From: Elusimicrobiota bacterium
GTDB taxonomy: Bacteria; Elusimicrobiota; UBA8919
Reading direction: 5' to 3'
NCBI GenBank assembly: GCA_016928195.1
Contig: JAFGLF010000006.1
Span: forward strand, 10,807-74,806
Length of the DNA stretch: 64,000 bases
Position numbers and translations under genes: made by a program. The notes below the pieces were generated by a model, which searched no databases, was not told the DNA's origin, and saw nothing but the letters and a program-made list of their open reading frames with translations. Each line of letters opens with the position of its first letter. Position 1 is the first letter of the stretch. Shown in pieces: positions 11,701 to 20,328 of this stretch.

Positions 11701-13428
11701 ATGTTGAACAAAAAGATGTTATCATATGTTTTACTTGTTCTCTTGTTCTCTTGTTCTCTTGTTCTCTGTCTTTATGCAGAATCATTTAAAATTTTAGGTA
11801 CACGTCCGCTTAGTATGGGTGGTGCCTATGTTGCAGTCGGAGAGGATGCCATTACGCAGTACTGGAACCCCGCAGGTCTTGGTATAAATAAAGATGTCGA
11901 TTTGCAAATCCCGGTGGCTGTCAGGGCGGAGCTTACGGGTGATATTCTTGGTTCTGCAGACCGGCTTTCGGAGCTCTCCACTCAGTATACTAAAATTTCA
12001 GAAGCACAGAAGGCAGGAAAATCCATTTCACTTGATCAGCTTTCAGCTTTTGCCAAAGGCATAAAAGAACTTAATGAGTTGAATGACCCTAAAAAAGGTG
12101 TTATTATAGATGTAAGTGGTGGTGGAAATATAAGAGTCGGACATTTTGCGATTTCTGTAAACAATTTTACATCAGTCGGTGCTGACCCGAATATTGACAT
12201 ACAAAATCTCGGATTAGGTTCCGGAAGTTTTTCTCCGGAGTTAAGAAGGGCGGTTTCCAGGGTAACGATACCGGAAGAATACAGCGGTCTGGATCTGGGG
12301 GATATTGTAGATGATTATAATGCGACTTACCAGGCGAGTAATCCCGGTAAAAATATTTATGATACTCCGTCCGATGCCTCAGTAGCTGCATCCGCAACCA
12401 CACTTGCTGCAGGGTTTTTAAAGGATATTACAACAGAGCTTACAAATTTGGGAATAGATACATCAATAACAGCTTCTCTTCCTGCAGGACTTTCGGTTGA
12501 ACAGGCAATAGCCAATGCTATTGTAAATGCAGCATCGGACCCTAATATTGCAGCACAGCTTGGAACTACTGCACTTACGCCTACGGAAATTTCGGAATAT
12601 GTACAGCAAATAGAGGAAGTAAGACCTTTAGTCAAGACTATTTTGCAAAGTGCGGTTGCCGGGTCATCTTATGCTAAGAACCAGTCAAACCTAACAATAC
12701 GCGGTATATCAACATACGAGGCATCTTTAGGTTATGGAATGGAAGCGCCTTATGTCCAGTCAACAGAGGTTTTGAACGGATTTTTTAAAGGACTTTATGT
12801 GGGTGCCAATTTGAAATATATGAGAAGCGATGTCGGTTATTTAAAGGTTTCACCGTTGTCTGATGATGATGTGGATATATTTGATGATATTGACAATAAT
12901 AAGGAAACTTCAAATGCTATAGGTATGGACCTAGGATTTTTATTACAGAAAAGATTTTTTAACAAAAAAACCCATTTCGGACTTTTATTCAGAAACATAA
13001 ACGGTCCTTCCTTTGACCAGCCGCTTGCTGCACAAACGGACGGCGAGGGCTCGGATTATGAGCTCGACCCCCAAATCCGCGGCGGTTTAGCTTTTTGGCC
13101 GTTTAACTGGTGGACACTTTCACTGGATATGGATATAACTAAAAATGATACTCCATTGCCAGGTTACAATTCACGTCTTTTTGGGGTTGGAAACGAGTTT
13201 AATATATTAAACAAGACATGGCTTAATCTCGCGTTAAGGTGTGGTCTTATGAAAAATACAGCAGAATCCTCCGCAAAAATGGCTTATACAGTTGGTTTCG
13301 GGTTAAATCTTTTCCATTTTGTTATTGATGCCGGTGCTGCTGTATCTTCGGAATGGGTGGAAATAGAAGACGGTACAGAAGTTCCTTCTTCTGGTGCAGG
13401 TGCAGTAACTGTTTCGTTTGACTTTTAA
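11701..13428 (+). CDS. Outer-membrane beta-barrel, TraF/PorV-like clan, with large central insertion
   Basis: Signal peptide; GTRPLSMGGAYVA..YWNPAGL; C-terminal F; ATG 11701 after GAGGAGG. Confidence 0.7.
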   Translation: MLNKKMLSYVLLVLLFSCSLVLCLYAESFKILGTRPLSMGGAYVAVGEDAITQYWNPAGLGINKDVDLQIPVAVRAELTGDILGSADRLSELSTQYTKISEAQKAGKSISLDQLSAFAKGIKELNELNDPKKGVIIDVSGGGNIRVGHFAISVNNFTSVGADPNIDIQNLGLGSGSFSPELRRAVSRVTIPEEYSGLDLGDIVDDYNATYQASNPGKNIYDTPSDASVAASATTLAAGFLKDITTELTNLGIDTSITASLPAGLSVEQAIANAIVNAASDPNIAAQLGTTALTPTEISEYVQQIEEVRPLVKTILQSAVAGSSYAKNQSNLTIRGISTYEASLGYGMEAPYVQSTEVLNGFFKGLYVGANLKYMRSDVGYLKVSPLSDDDVDIFDDIDNNKETSNAIGMDLGFLLQKRFFNKKTHFGLLFRNINGPSFDQPLAAQTDGEGSDYELDPQIRGGLAFWPFNWWTLSLDMDITKNDTPLPGYNSRLFGVGNEFNILNKTWLNLALRCGLMKNTAESSAKMAYTVGFGLNLFHFVIDAGAAVSSEWVEIEDGTEVPSSGAGAVTVSFDF

Positions 13429-13429
13429 A

Positions 13430-13471
13430 TGTGGATAAGTTATCCACAATTGTTAGTAACCCTGTTAATAA
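13430..13471. promoter_or_regulatory. DnaA-box cluster
   Basis: TGTGGATAA (13430-38) and TTATCCACA (13440-48) perfect boxes; degenerate TGTTAGTAA and TGTTAATAA. Confidence 0.6.
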
Positions 13472-13533
13472 CTTAATATGCATGTCTGAGTAGGGCACCT
13501 TCCAGGGTGCTCTACTTATTTTGGTTATCAATT

Positions 13534-15426
13534 ATGAAAAAATTCCTTCTTATCCTTATAATAACTACTGCCTACTTTCTCTCCGCCAGCTGGCGGACTG
13601 TTCCCTGCCTCTTTTCTGTTCCACACATAAACGGTAAGGATCCCGGCCCAAAAGAATATGTGAGAAAAATACCTGATATACGCGTTCTTAAGACTAAAGG
13701 TATGTCACAAAATGCAATTGCTAAAACAGTCGGTGCAATAGGAACAAAAAATATTGCTGTAATTCTGGTAAACTTTTCGGGTGCCGGGACCGATACATCC
13801 GGCAGTCACACAATGTCATCGGATGAGGTTTACGGGTTAAATGCAATATTTGATTACTTTAAAAATTTTTATAAAGAGGCGTCATACGGTCAACTAAATC
13901 TTAATATAACATTTTTTTATTCAACCGGTTCAGCTACAACTTTAAGCGGCGGTGAAACCCCTTATACTCTTGCAGATACAATGTCATCCTATGGAGAGGA
14001 TACTGATAGCTCGCTTTCACAGCTTATAATTGATTCTTTGAATGCCTGCGGAGGCGGTGTAACATCTGCTGGTTATGACGGCGTTATGGTTGCACATGCC
14101 GGTTTTGGGAATGAGTCAACTACAAATGATGGGGATATCTGGGCTGCTTATGTCGGGCCATTTGCTCTAACCCATGGTTTTATTGACGGTACTAATATTC
14201 CTGTAAAAGAGTCAGGCGCAAGTCCTATAGGCGTTGCATGCCACGAGTTCGGACATCAATTGGGGTTGTGGGATTTGTATTCCACAGGTGTGTCCGGAGG
14301 AACTTCGCAGGTAGGCAAGTGGTCATTAATGGACTATGGTGTCTGGGTTAAAAATGGAGCTAACCCTGCCCATCCATGTGCATGGGATAAATATAAACTT
14401 GGCTGGTTGACACCTGTTGAGATTTCATCCGGTACGCACAGTTTGACAACTCATGCATTTGAGACATCGGCAAATTCTGTTTATAAATTAAAACCCGTAA
14501 ATTCCGATACTGAATATTTTCTTGTATACCATACCTCACGTACCGCATATTCTCCATATACTCCAGGAGACGGGCTTTTGATACTGCATATTGATGAAGG
14601 AACAATAGACGGAGTAACACTTGCTCAAAGGATGGCTAACAATTCACTGAATAATTATTCTCACAGGACTGTTGATGTTGAAGAAGCTGACACCAGTGAT
14701 CCTTATTTAAATTTTGGTGATTCTACTGATCTGTGGCCCGGAACAAGGATTACTTTCACGGCTCCTTATGCCGACAAATATGACGGACAAATGAGTATGC
14801 TGGCTGTTTTTGATATTACTAATCAGACGCAATATTCAAATTTTACCGTTTCGTATAAACCTTTTATCAGCGGATATGTTAAAAATGCAGCGGGCACAGG
14901 TTCAGAAGATGTAGTTGTACAGCTTTATACTGCATCGGGTAGTTATTCGGAATATATTACAAGTACGGATGGGTACTATGTTTTTACAAATCTGGAAAAC
15001 GGCATTTATACGGTTAAAGCAATAAAATCCGGCTGGAGGTTTACACCAGAGAGTATTTCTGTTACGATTTCGAATTTGCATTCAACAGGTAATGATTTCG
15101 CCGGAATTGCTGAAGTTAGTTATGTGGATTTAATAGGTGAACCTGACAATATAAAACCTGTAAATAATCTTTTTATACCGGGGCAGGAAAAAACCACTAT
15201 TTATTACAAGACCTCTGAAGCCGGGGATGTTACAATAAAACTATACACCCTTGACGGAAGATTTATAAAGACACTTTTGGATGAATATGTTAGTGCGGGT
15301 ATAGGTTCTGTAACTTGGGACGGTAAGAATCTGGATGATAATACAGTGTCATCAGGAATATACCTTGTCCATATTATAGCGCCGAGCGGTTATAAGGCGA
15401 TAAAAAAGATATGCGTAATAAGATAG
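13534..15426 (+). CDS. Secreted M6 (immune inhibitor A-like) metalloprotease with Ig-like and FlgD-Ig/T9SS-CTD-like C-terminus
   Basis: HEFGHQLGLWDLY, WSLMDYG; C-terminal IKLYTLDGRFIKTL..WDGKN..SSGIYLVHI..KKICVIR. Confidence 0.85.
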   Translation: MKKFLLILIITTAYFLSASWRTVPCLFSVPHINGKDPGPKEYVRKIPDIRVLKTKGMSQNAIAKTVGAIGTKNIAVILVNFSGAGTDTSGSHTMSSDEVYGLNAIFDYFKNFYKEASYGQLNLNITFFYSTGSATTLSGGETPYTLADTMSSYGEDTDSSLSQLIIDSLNACGGGVTSAGYDGVMVAHAGFGNESTTNDGDIWAAYVGPFALTHGFIDGTNIPVKESGASPIGVACHEFGHQLGLWDLYSTGVSGGTSQVGKWSLMDYGVWVKNGANPAHPCAWDKYKLGWLTPVEISSGTHSLTTHAFETSANSVYKLKPVNSDTEYFLVYHTSRTAYSPYTPGDGLLILHIDEGTIDGVTLAQRMANNSLNNYSHRTVDVEEADTSDPYLNFGDSTDLWPGTRITFTAPYADKYDGQMSMLAVFDITNQTQYSNFTVSYKPFISGYVKNAAGTGSEDVVVQLYTASGSYSEYITSTDGYYVFTNLENGIYTVKAIKSGWRFTPESISVTISNLHSTGNDFAGIAEVSYVDLIGEPDNIKPVNNLFIPGQEKTTIYYKTSEAGDVTIKLYTLDGRFIKTLLDEYVSAGIGSVTWDGKNLDDNTVSSGIYLVHIIAPSGYKAIKKICVIR

Positions 15427-15459
15427 AGGCATCGAAAATTGAAAATCTAAAATTTAAAA

Positions 15460-16857
15460 ATGAAGACCTATAAATTTAACATTTTATATTTTACATTTTA
15501 CATCCAGCGTAGCTGGTTGGCTTTACTTTTTACTTTTTATATTTCACATTTTACATGCCTTTATGGCAAGGGTGCCGGTACCACTGTCAGCACGGTAATG
15601 ATGCATACCTTTGGTGCAAGACAGATGTCACTCGGGGGCTGTGGGGCCTCTATCAATAATGATATTTATTCATTGTATTTTAATCCTGCCGGTCTTCATA
15701 AAATTTCAGAGAATCAGATGTCATCACTGTTTTCGAGTGGATTAAGTAATGATTATAAGGCTTCAGTTGTTTATGTGCACCCGCTTAATATACAAAGAGA
15801 GTCGGTTATTGCTTTCGGGGTTTTTCACTTGAACGGCGGTATAATGGAGATAAACTATGTTGACGGTACTTCTGAAGACGTTGTTTCGCAATCTGATTTT
15901 CTGGCGACCATAGGCTGGGGAGGATATTTATCGAAAAATACTTCAATCGGTTATAATATAAAATATCTTTCCACTAAACTTGCTGAGAAATATAGTACCT
16001 CTGCTATTGCTTTTGATGCCGGAGTACACATGTCCGTTACTAAAAGACTAAATATGGGTGTTTCTGCACAGAATTACGGGACTTCTCTAAAATATCGTAG
16101 TGAGAAAGAATCGCTTCCGTTTTTAGCCCGCGGGGGTATATCTTACCAGTTACCGCTGGCTGATTCCCATTCAGTACTTACAGTAGTTGACGGATTTTAT
16201 TTGGTTAAAGAAAAAGATATTTATGGTTCTGCAGGTATTGAATATTCGATTCATCAGAAATATTTCTTAAGGGGAGGGTGTAAAATTCTTCCCGACAGGA
16301 ACGATTTTACATTAGGCGCAGGGCTAATATTTAAGGAAAAATTTTCTGTTGACTGGGCCACCGAGCTTTCCGTGCTAAACAACCCTCATAACATATCCTT
16401 CTCAATGCGATTTGGCGGAGCACGGGAGGATAAAGTAAGAAAAAAAGGGAGGGAAGAGAAAACAAAGATATGGAATCTTGCAGTCGCTGATTTTGTAGGC
16501 AAGAATGTTTCTCAAGCGGATGCATCAATTGTTACTGATTTCATAAGAACAGAACTTGTAAAAATTGGTAGATTTAATGTCGTTGAAAAAGCAAATATGA
16601 ATGAAATTTTGTCAGAAGCAGCATTTCAACAGACAGGTTGTACAACTGCCGAGTGCGCAGTTCAGATTGGAAAAATCTTAAACGTACAACAGATGATTGT
16701 CGGTTCCCTTTCAAAACTTATGGATACATATTTTATCACTCTAAATCTCGTAGATGTAGAAACAGGTAAGATAGTAAAATCAGATAATATAAAAGCGTAT
16801 TCCGCTGAGGAACTTCAATCCGTTTGTAAAACCCTTGCCAATAAACTTATAAAATAA
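15460..16857 (+). CDS. PorV/PorQ-family barrel fused to CsgG/TolB-N-like domain
   Basis: GARQMSLGG..YFNPAGL; C-terminal LAVADF..EAAFQQTGCTTAECAVQIGKILNV. Confidence 0.75.
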   Translation: MKTYKFNILYFTFYIQRSWLALLFTFYISHFTCLYGKGAGTTVSTVMMHTFGARQMSLGGCGASINNDIYSLYFNPAGLHKISENQMSSLFSSGLSNDYKASVVYVHPLNIQRESVIAFGVFHLNGGIMEINYVDGTSEDVVSQSDFLATIGWGGYLSKNTSIGYNIKYLSTKLAEKYSTSAIAFDAGVHMSVTKRLNMGVSAQNYGTSLKYRSEKESLPFLARGGISYQLPLADSHSVLTVVDGFYLVKEKDIYGSAGIEYSIHQKYFLRGGCKILPDRNDFTLGAGLIFKEKFSVDWATELSVLNNPHNISFSMRFGGAREDKVRKKGREEKTKIWNLAVADFVGKNVSQADASIVTDFIRTELVKIGRFNVVEKANMNEILSEAAFQQTGCTTAECAVQIGKILNVQQMIVGSLSKLMDTYFITLNLVDVETGKIVKSDNIKAYSAEELQSVCKTLANKLIK

Positions 16858-16873
16858 GCGACTTCGTCGCACT

Positions 16874-16955
16874 GATTACACAGAGTATTAGAGACGATTA
16901 CACAGATTAGTAAATTGGTTTTATCTGTGTAATCTGCCTTTTAATCGCTGTAATC
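16874..16955. repeat. GATTACACAG / ATCTGTGTAATC periodic hairpin
   Basis: Direct reading; flanked by small palindromes GCGACTTCGTCGC and AGTATCGGA..TCCGATACT. Confidence 0.8.
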
Positions 16956-17002
16956 AAGTATCGGATTCAGTTTCCGATACTATAAACTTACAAAATAACA
17001 AT

Positions 17003-17470
17003 ATGTTACCAAAAAGAAAAAATTCATTGCGATTCAAGAACTGGAATTATAACCTGCCAGGACCATATTTTGTTACAGTTTGTATAGTTAATCGTAGGGG
17101 TGGACTTGTCCACACGCTATTTGAGCAAGAACCTGTGCGAAATTCTGTAATAGAAGTAATTAAAACCGTAGGGGCGGATTTATCCGCCCGAATTCACTGT
17201 ATGGTTATTGCAATAGACCATTTTCACATATTAGTTACCTTGCCGGATGGCAAGATAATTTCATTATCAAAACTTATAGCAATAATAAAAGTTCGTATAA
17301 CGCAATATTTTAGTCGGGCAGGTAAACCTGCCCCTACGCCGCCGAAAATTTGGCAAAGGTCATATTATGAACACATTATCAGAGATGAAAAGGATTTTTT
17401 ACAGAAAGCCAGATATATTGAAAACCATCCGGTAAAAGAAATTGGGAACGATTATGCTGAATGGCATTAA
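17003..17470 (+). mobile_element. REP-associated tyrosine transposase (RAYT, Y1 HUH family)
   Basis: RKNSLR..YFVTVC, HUH motif HFH, WQRSYYEHIIR, YIENHP; three internal GTAG-palindromes. Confidence 0.88.
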
Positions 17471-17486
17471 AAACTTTTTTGGGAAA

Positions 17487-18557
17487 TTATTTTCCAATTT
17501 TATATATTAGCAAAACAGAAATGCCCAGAAATACAATATTAGGGAACCATGCAGCCAGGATTGGATGTATAGTCTGGCTCATACCCATAGCAAGACCTAT
17601 TTCTACCGCCCCCCAATATAAAAATCCGATAAATATAGCAAGTGCAAAGGAAAAGATTTTTGCTGTTCTTGCGGTTTTTATTGCGAATGGTATTCCCAGA
17701 AAAATCATTATTATATTGGCAAATGGTTTTGCCAGTTTCGAATGCTTATATACCGTTTCTTTATGGAACGGTATCCCGGATTTTTTAAACCGCAGAATCA
17801 TATCTGAAAGTTCTTTGTATGACATCTCATCGGGATTTCTTCTTAGATTCACAAATTCCGAAGGTTTTTTTTCAAACGGAAGCTTAATTGAAGCAAATTT
17901 TTCTGCTGTAAAACCTTTGTCTGAAAATTTTCCAATCGATACATCGGTAAGTTTAAGATAACCATTTTGCCATACCGCTTCTCTTGCTACGGTCTTTTCA
18001 ATCAGCTCCATATTTTCGTTAAATTTAAGAATGATAAGTCCTAAGATTTTTTCATTGTTGCCATCTATTATTTTTGCAGAAAAAATCTTGTCGTTATCGA
18101 TTTGAACAACATTAAAGGCTTCATTCGGCTGATATTTCCGTTTTTTGATTTCATGTTTCCATATTTTTGTATATTTTTTGTTAGATTTCAGCAGGATTGA
18201 ATTATTAAAAAATATAAAAAATAGAGTTATTAAGATACTTGAGATGATTAGGAATTTTGAAATTGTGAGTATATTCATGCCTGCTGTTCTCAGGGCGGTA
18301 ATTTCGTTGTTTCTTGCCAAATCTCCGATTGAGAAAAGCGTTGCCAAAAGCATTGCTACAGGAAATATGAGTGAAATCCATCCGGGAAAAGAATAGAAGA
18401 GCGACAGAAGAAAAAGGAAAAAGGAAGCATCATGTTTAAAAATTACATCTATGCGGTCGAATATGTATGTTACACATATTATAAGTGAAAAAACTATAAC
18501 AGCAATGGACAGTGATTTTAAAAAGGTACCAGTAAGATATTTATCGATAATTTTCAT
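17487..18557 (-). CDS. lptG: LPS export permease LptF/LptG family
   Basis: MKIIDKYL start, NEITALRTAG, 6-TM layout, AAWFPN. Confidence 0.8.
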   Translation of the reverse strand: MKIIDKYLTGTFLKSLSIAVIVFSLIICVTYIFDRIDVIFKHDASFFLFLLSLFYSFPGWISLIFPVAMLLATLFSIGDLARNNEITALRTAGMNILTISKFLIISSILITLFFIFFNNSILLKSNKKYTKIWKHEIKKRKYQPNEAFNVVQIDNDKIFSAKIIDGNNEKILGLIILKFNENMELIEKTVAREAVWQNGYLKLTDVSIGKFSDKGFTAEKFASIKLPFEKKPSEFVNLRRNPDEMSYKELSDMILRFKKSGIPFHKETVYKHSKLAKPFANIIMIFLGIPFAIKTARTAKIFSFALAIFIGFLYWGAVEIGLAMGMSQTIHPILAAWFPNIVFLGISVLLIYKIGK

Positions 18558-18560
18558 GTT

Positions 18561-18646
18561 AAGTACCGAATAAAAGCCGAATATAAAACCCGAATTACGC
18601 GAATAATTATTCGAGTTATTCGTTATCATTCGTGTAATTCGTACTA
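18561..18646. repeat. CGAAT/ATTCG periodic hairpin spanning lptF-lptG junction
   Basis: On - strand: TGA t [AGTACGAAT...ATTCGGTACT] taac ATG. Confidence 0.85.
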
Positions 18647-19732
18647 TCAGTGCCTAGCAATTTTTAATGTAAAAAATATTCCTGCTAATCCGATTGTTAA
18701 ATTTGGAAGCCACACCCCTGCTATCGGATTTACGAATCCTCTTTCGCCTAATGTGGTTCCTGCGACAAGAAGGATATAATAGATAAATATGATTGCAATG
18801 GTAGCAGTAATCCCGAAGCTTTTAGCTCTCTTTTTATAAAGAAGGGAAATAGGCCCTGCCACAAAGACGAATATGAAACTTGCAAATGCAAGAGCAATGC
18901 GCGAGTGATATTCGATACGGTAATAATGCTTTATATTTTCCGGTACTGTTTTTATTTTTTCTACTAAATCGGAGGATGTTAACTCTCTGATACCGCCTTC
19001 TCTTTTGGATAGAAAATCACTTTTCTGATTTAGTCCGAGTATCATCTCATTATCCGAGAAGCCGCATAAGTTAAATTCTCCTATTTTATTCAGGTTTTCT
19101 TTTAAAATTTTACCGTTATTAAGGCGAAATAAAATACCTTTTCCTTCGGCGATAGCCATTTCTGCAGTTTTGGCGGTTGTTATTGTAGGTAATCCTTCCT
19201 TCCATTGATAAATCAGTATATCATTGAGCTTATTGTCTTCTGAAATCCTTTTTATATATATATCATAATTTTGAATCTGAACAAAACTTTTCTCGGAAAA
19301 CTGCATAATCGGATTTTTATATAAGATTTCATAATAGAATGTTTTAAACTTTGAGTTTGATTTCGGTGCCAACGTAGAATTAAAATAAAGCATAATCAGG
19401 GAAAATACTAGTGAAATTATTATAATGGGTTTTATTATTGAGGGCATTGTCACGCCTGCTGTGTGTATTGCGGTTATTTCATTGTCTTCGTTTAGTCTGG
19501 AAAAAAGCAGAACCGTACCTGCAAGTATTGCCATTGGAACTGTGAATATAAAAAGGGAGGGTAGAATATACGAGAACAGTTTAATTGTGTTAAGTAATCC
19601 CACGCCTTTATTTAAAAGCAGGTCAGCAAGGTCGAAGAGACGGTCCATTAGCAATATGAAGGTAAACACTAAAAGGGATGTTAAAAATTTCGGGAAAAAT
19701 TCGCTGATAAGATAGCGGTTGATTATTTTCAT
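18647..19732 (-). CDS. lptF: LPS export permease LptF/LptG family
   Basis: MKIINRYL, RLNEDNEITA..AG, WLPN. Confidence 0.8.
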   Translation of the reverse strand: MKIINRYLISEFFPKFLTSLLVFTFILLMDRLFDLADLLLNKGVGLLNTIKLFSYILPSLFIFTVPMAILAGTVLLFSRLNEDNEITAIHTAGVTMPSIIKPIIIISLVFSLIMLYFNSTLAPKSNSKFKTFYYEILYKNPIMQFSEKSFVQIQNYDIYIKRISEDNKLNDILIYQWKEGLPTITTAKTAEMAIAEGKGILFRLNNGKILKENLNKIGEFNLCGFSDNEMILGLNQKSDFLSKREGGIRELTSSDLVEKIKTVPENIKHYYRIEYHSRIALAFASFIFVFVAGPISLLYKKRAKSFGITATIAIIFIYYILLVAGTTLGERGFVNPIAGVWLPNLTIGLAGIFFTLKIARH

Positions 19733-19736
19733 AAAG

Positions 19737-19832
19737 TAACGCGAATGTACGCGAATAAAGAAACAACGCGAATTTACACGAATAAAAAATTTGTCCGCCG
19801 AGGCGGATTAGATTAGCGTTAATTTGCGTTTG
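19737..19832. repeat. ACGCGAAT periodic hairpin with nested TCCGCCGAGGCGGA
   Basis: Direct reading. Confidence 0.75.
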
Positions 19833-19854
19833 ATGTTCATTATACAAAAAGTAC

Positions 19855-19883
19855 TTGACAAAATCAAGAAATTTCATTATAAA
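19855..19883 (+). promoter_or_regulatory. sigma70-type promoter for riboswitch/SprA-like gene
   Basis: TTGACA-17 bp-TATAAA. Confidence 0.7.
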
Positions 19884-19900
19884 AGTACTAAGACGATAAA

Positions 19901-19960
19901 CCCCGTTAGAAATAACTGAAGGGGGTTATCCCGTTAGATATTGTATATTTTCTAACGGGG
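19901..19960. mobile_element. 60-bp palindromic element CCCCGTTAGAAA..TTTCTAACGGGG flanked by TAAA direct repeats
   Basis: 12-bp terminal inverted repeat; TAAA at 19897-19900 and 19961-64. Confidence 0.8.
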
Positions 19961-20178
19961 TAAAGGCAAACTCTGAGAGGCGGTTCAATAGTTCAATGGT
20001 TGAAATGTTCACAAGGACTTAAGAACCAATGAACATACTAACAAATGAACTGACTTTTTGGGGGGCGCAAAGCCACAACCCAGAACGGCGGTTCACAGGT
20101 TCAATGGTTCAAATGTTCTTAGGAACTAATGAACATACGAACAAATGAACTGACTTTCTGGGTGCCGGGTTACCGAAA
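19959..20178 (+). ncRNA. c-di-GMP-I (GEMM) riboswitch aptamer with greatly extended P2 and P3
   Basis: Core motifs in order: TAAAGGCAAAC, GGCGCAAAGCC, GCCGGGTTACCG; pairable P2 and P3 stems; downstream terminator. Confidence 0.8.
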
Positions 20179-20242
20179 TTAAAAGATAGGGCAAAAGTAA
20201 GCTTTTGTGCTTATGTATTTTTGCGCCTTTCTGTTGATTTAT

Positions 20243-20284
20243 CCGAGTTTCGGTTGTTACGGCAGTCCGTTGGCTCGGTTTTTT
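20243..20284 (+). terminator. Intrinsic terminator (riboswitch expression platform)
   Basis: CCGAG..CTCGG stem + T6; TTTCGGT (20248-54) is complementary to aptamer ACCGAAA (20172-78). Confidence 0.75.
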
Positions 20285-20328
20285 ATTGCTAAATTTTAGT
20301 AAAAGATGTAAAATAGACAAATATTAAA

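Noticed and set aside
13430-13471. oriC
   Set aside because: Too short, no dnaA/dnaN context or clear unwinding element; kept only as a DnaA-box cluster.
20126-20320. 64-aa minus-strand ORF in the SprA-like leader
   Set aside because: Overlaps the riboswitch and terminator; no coding signal.
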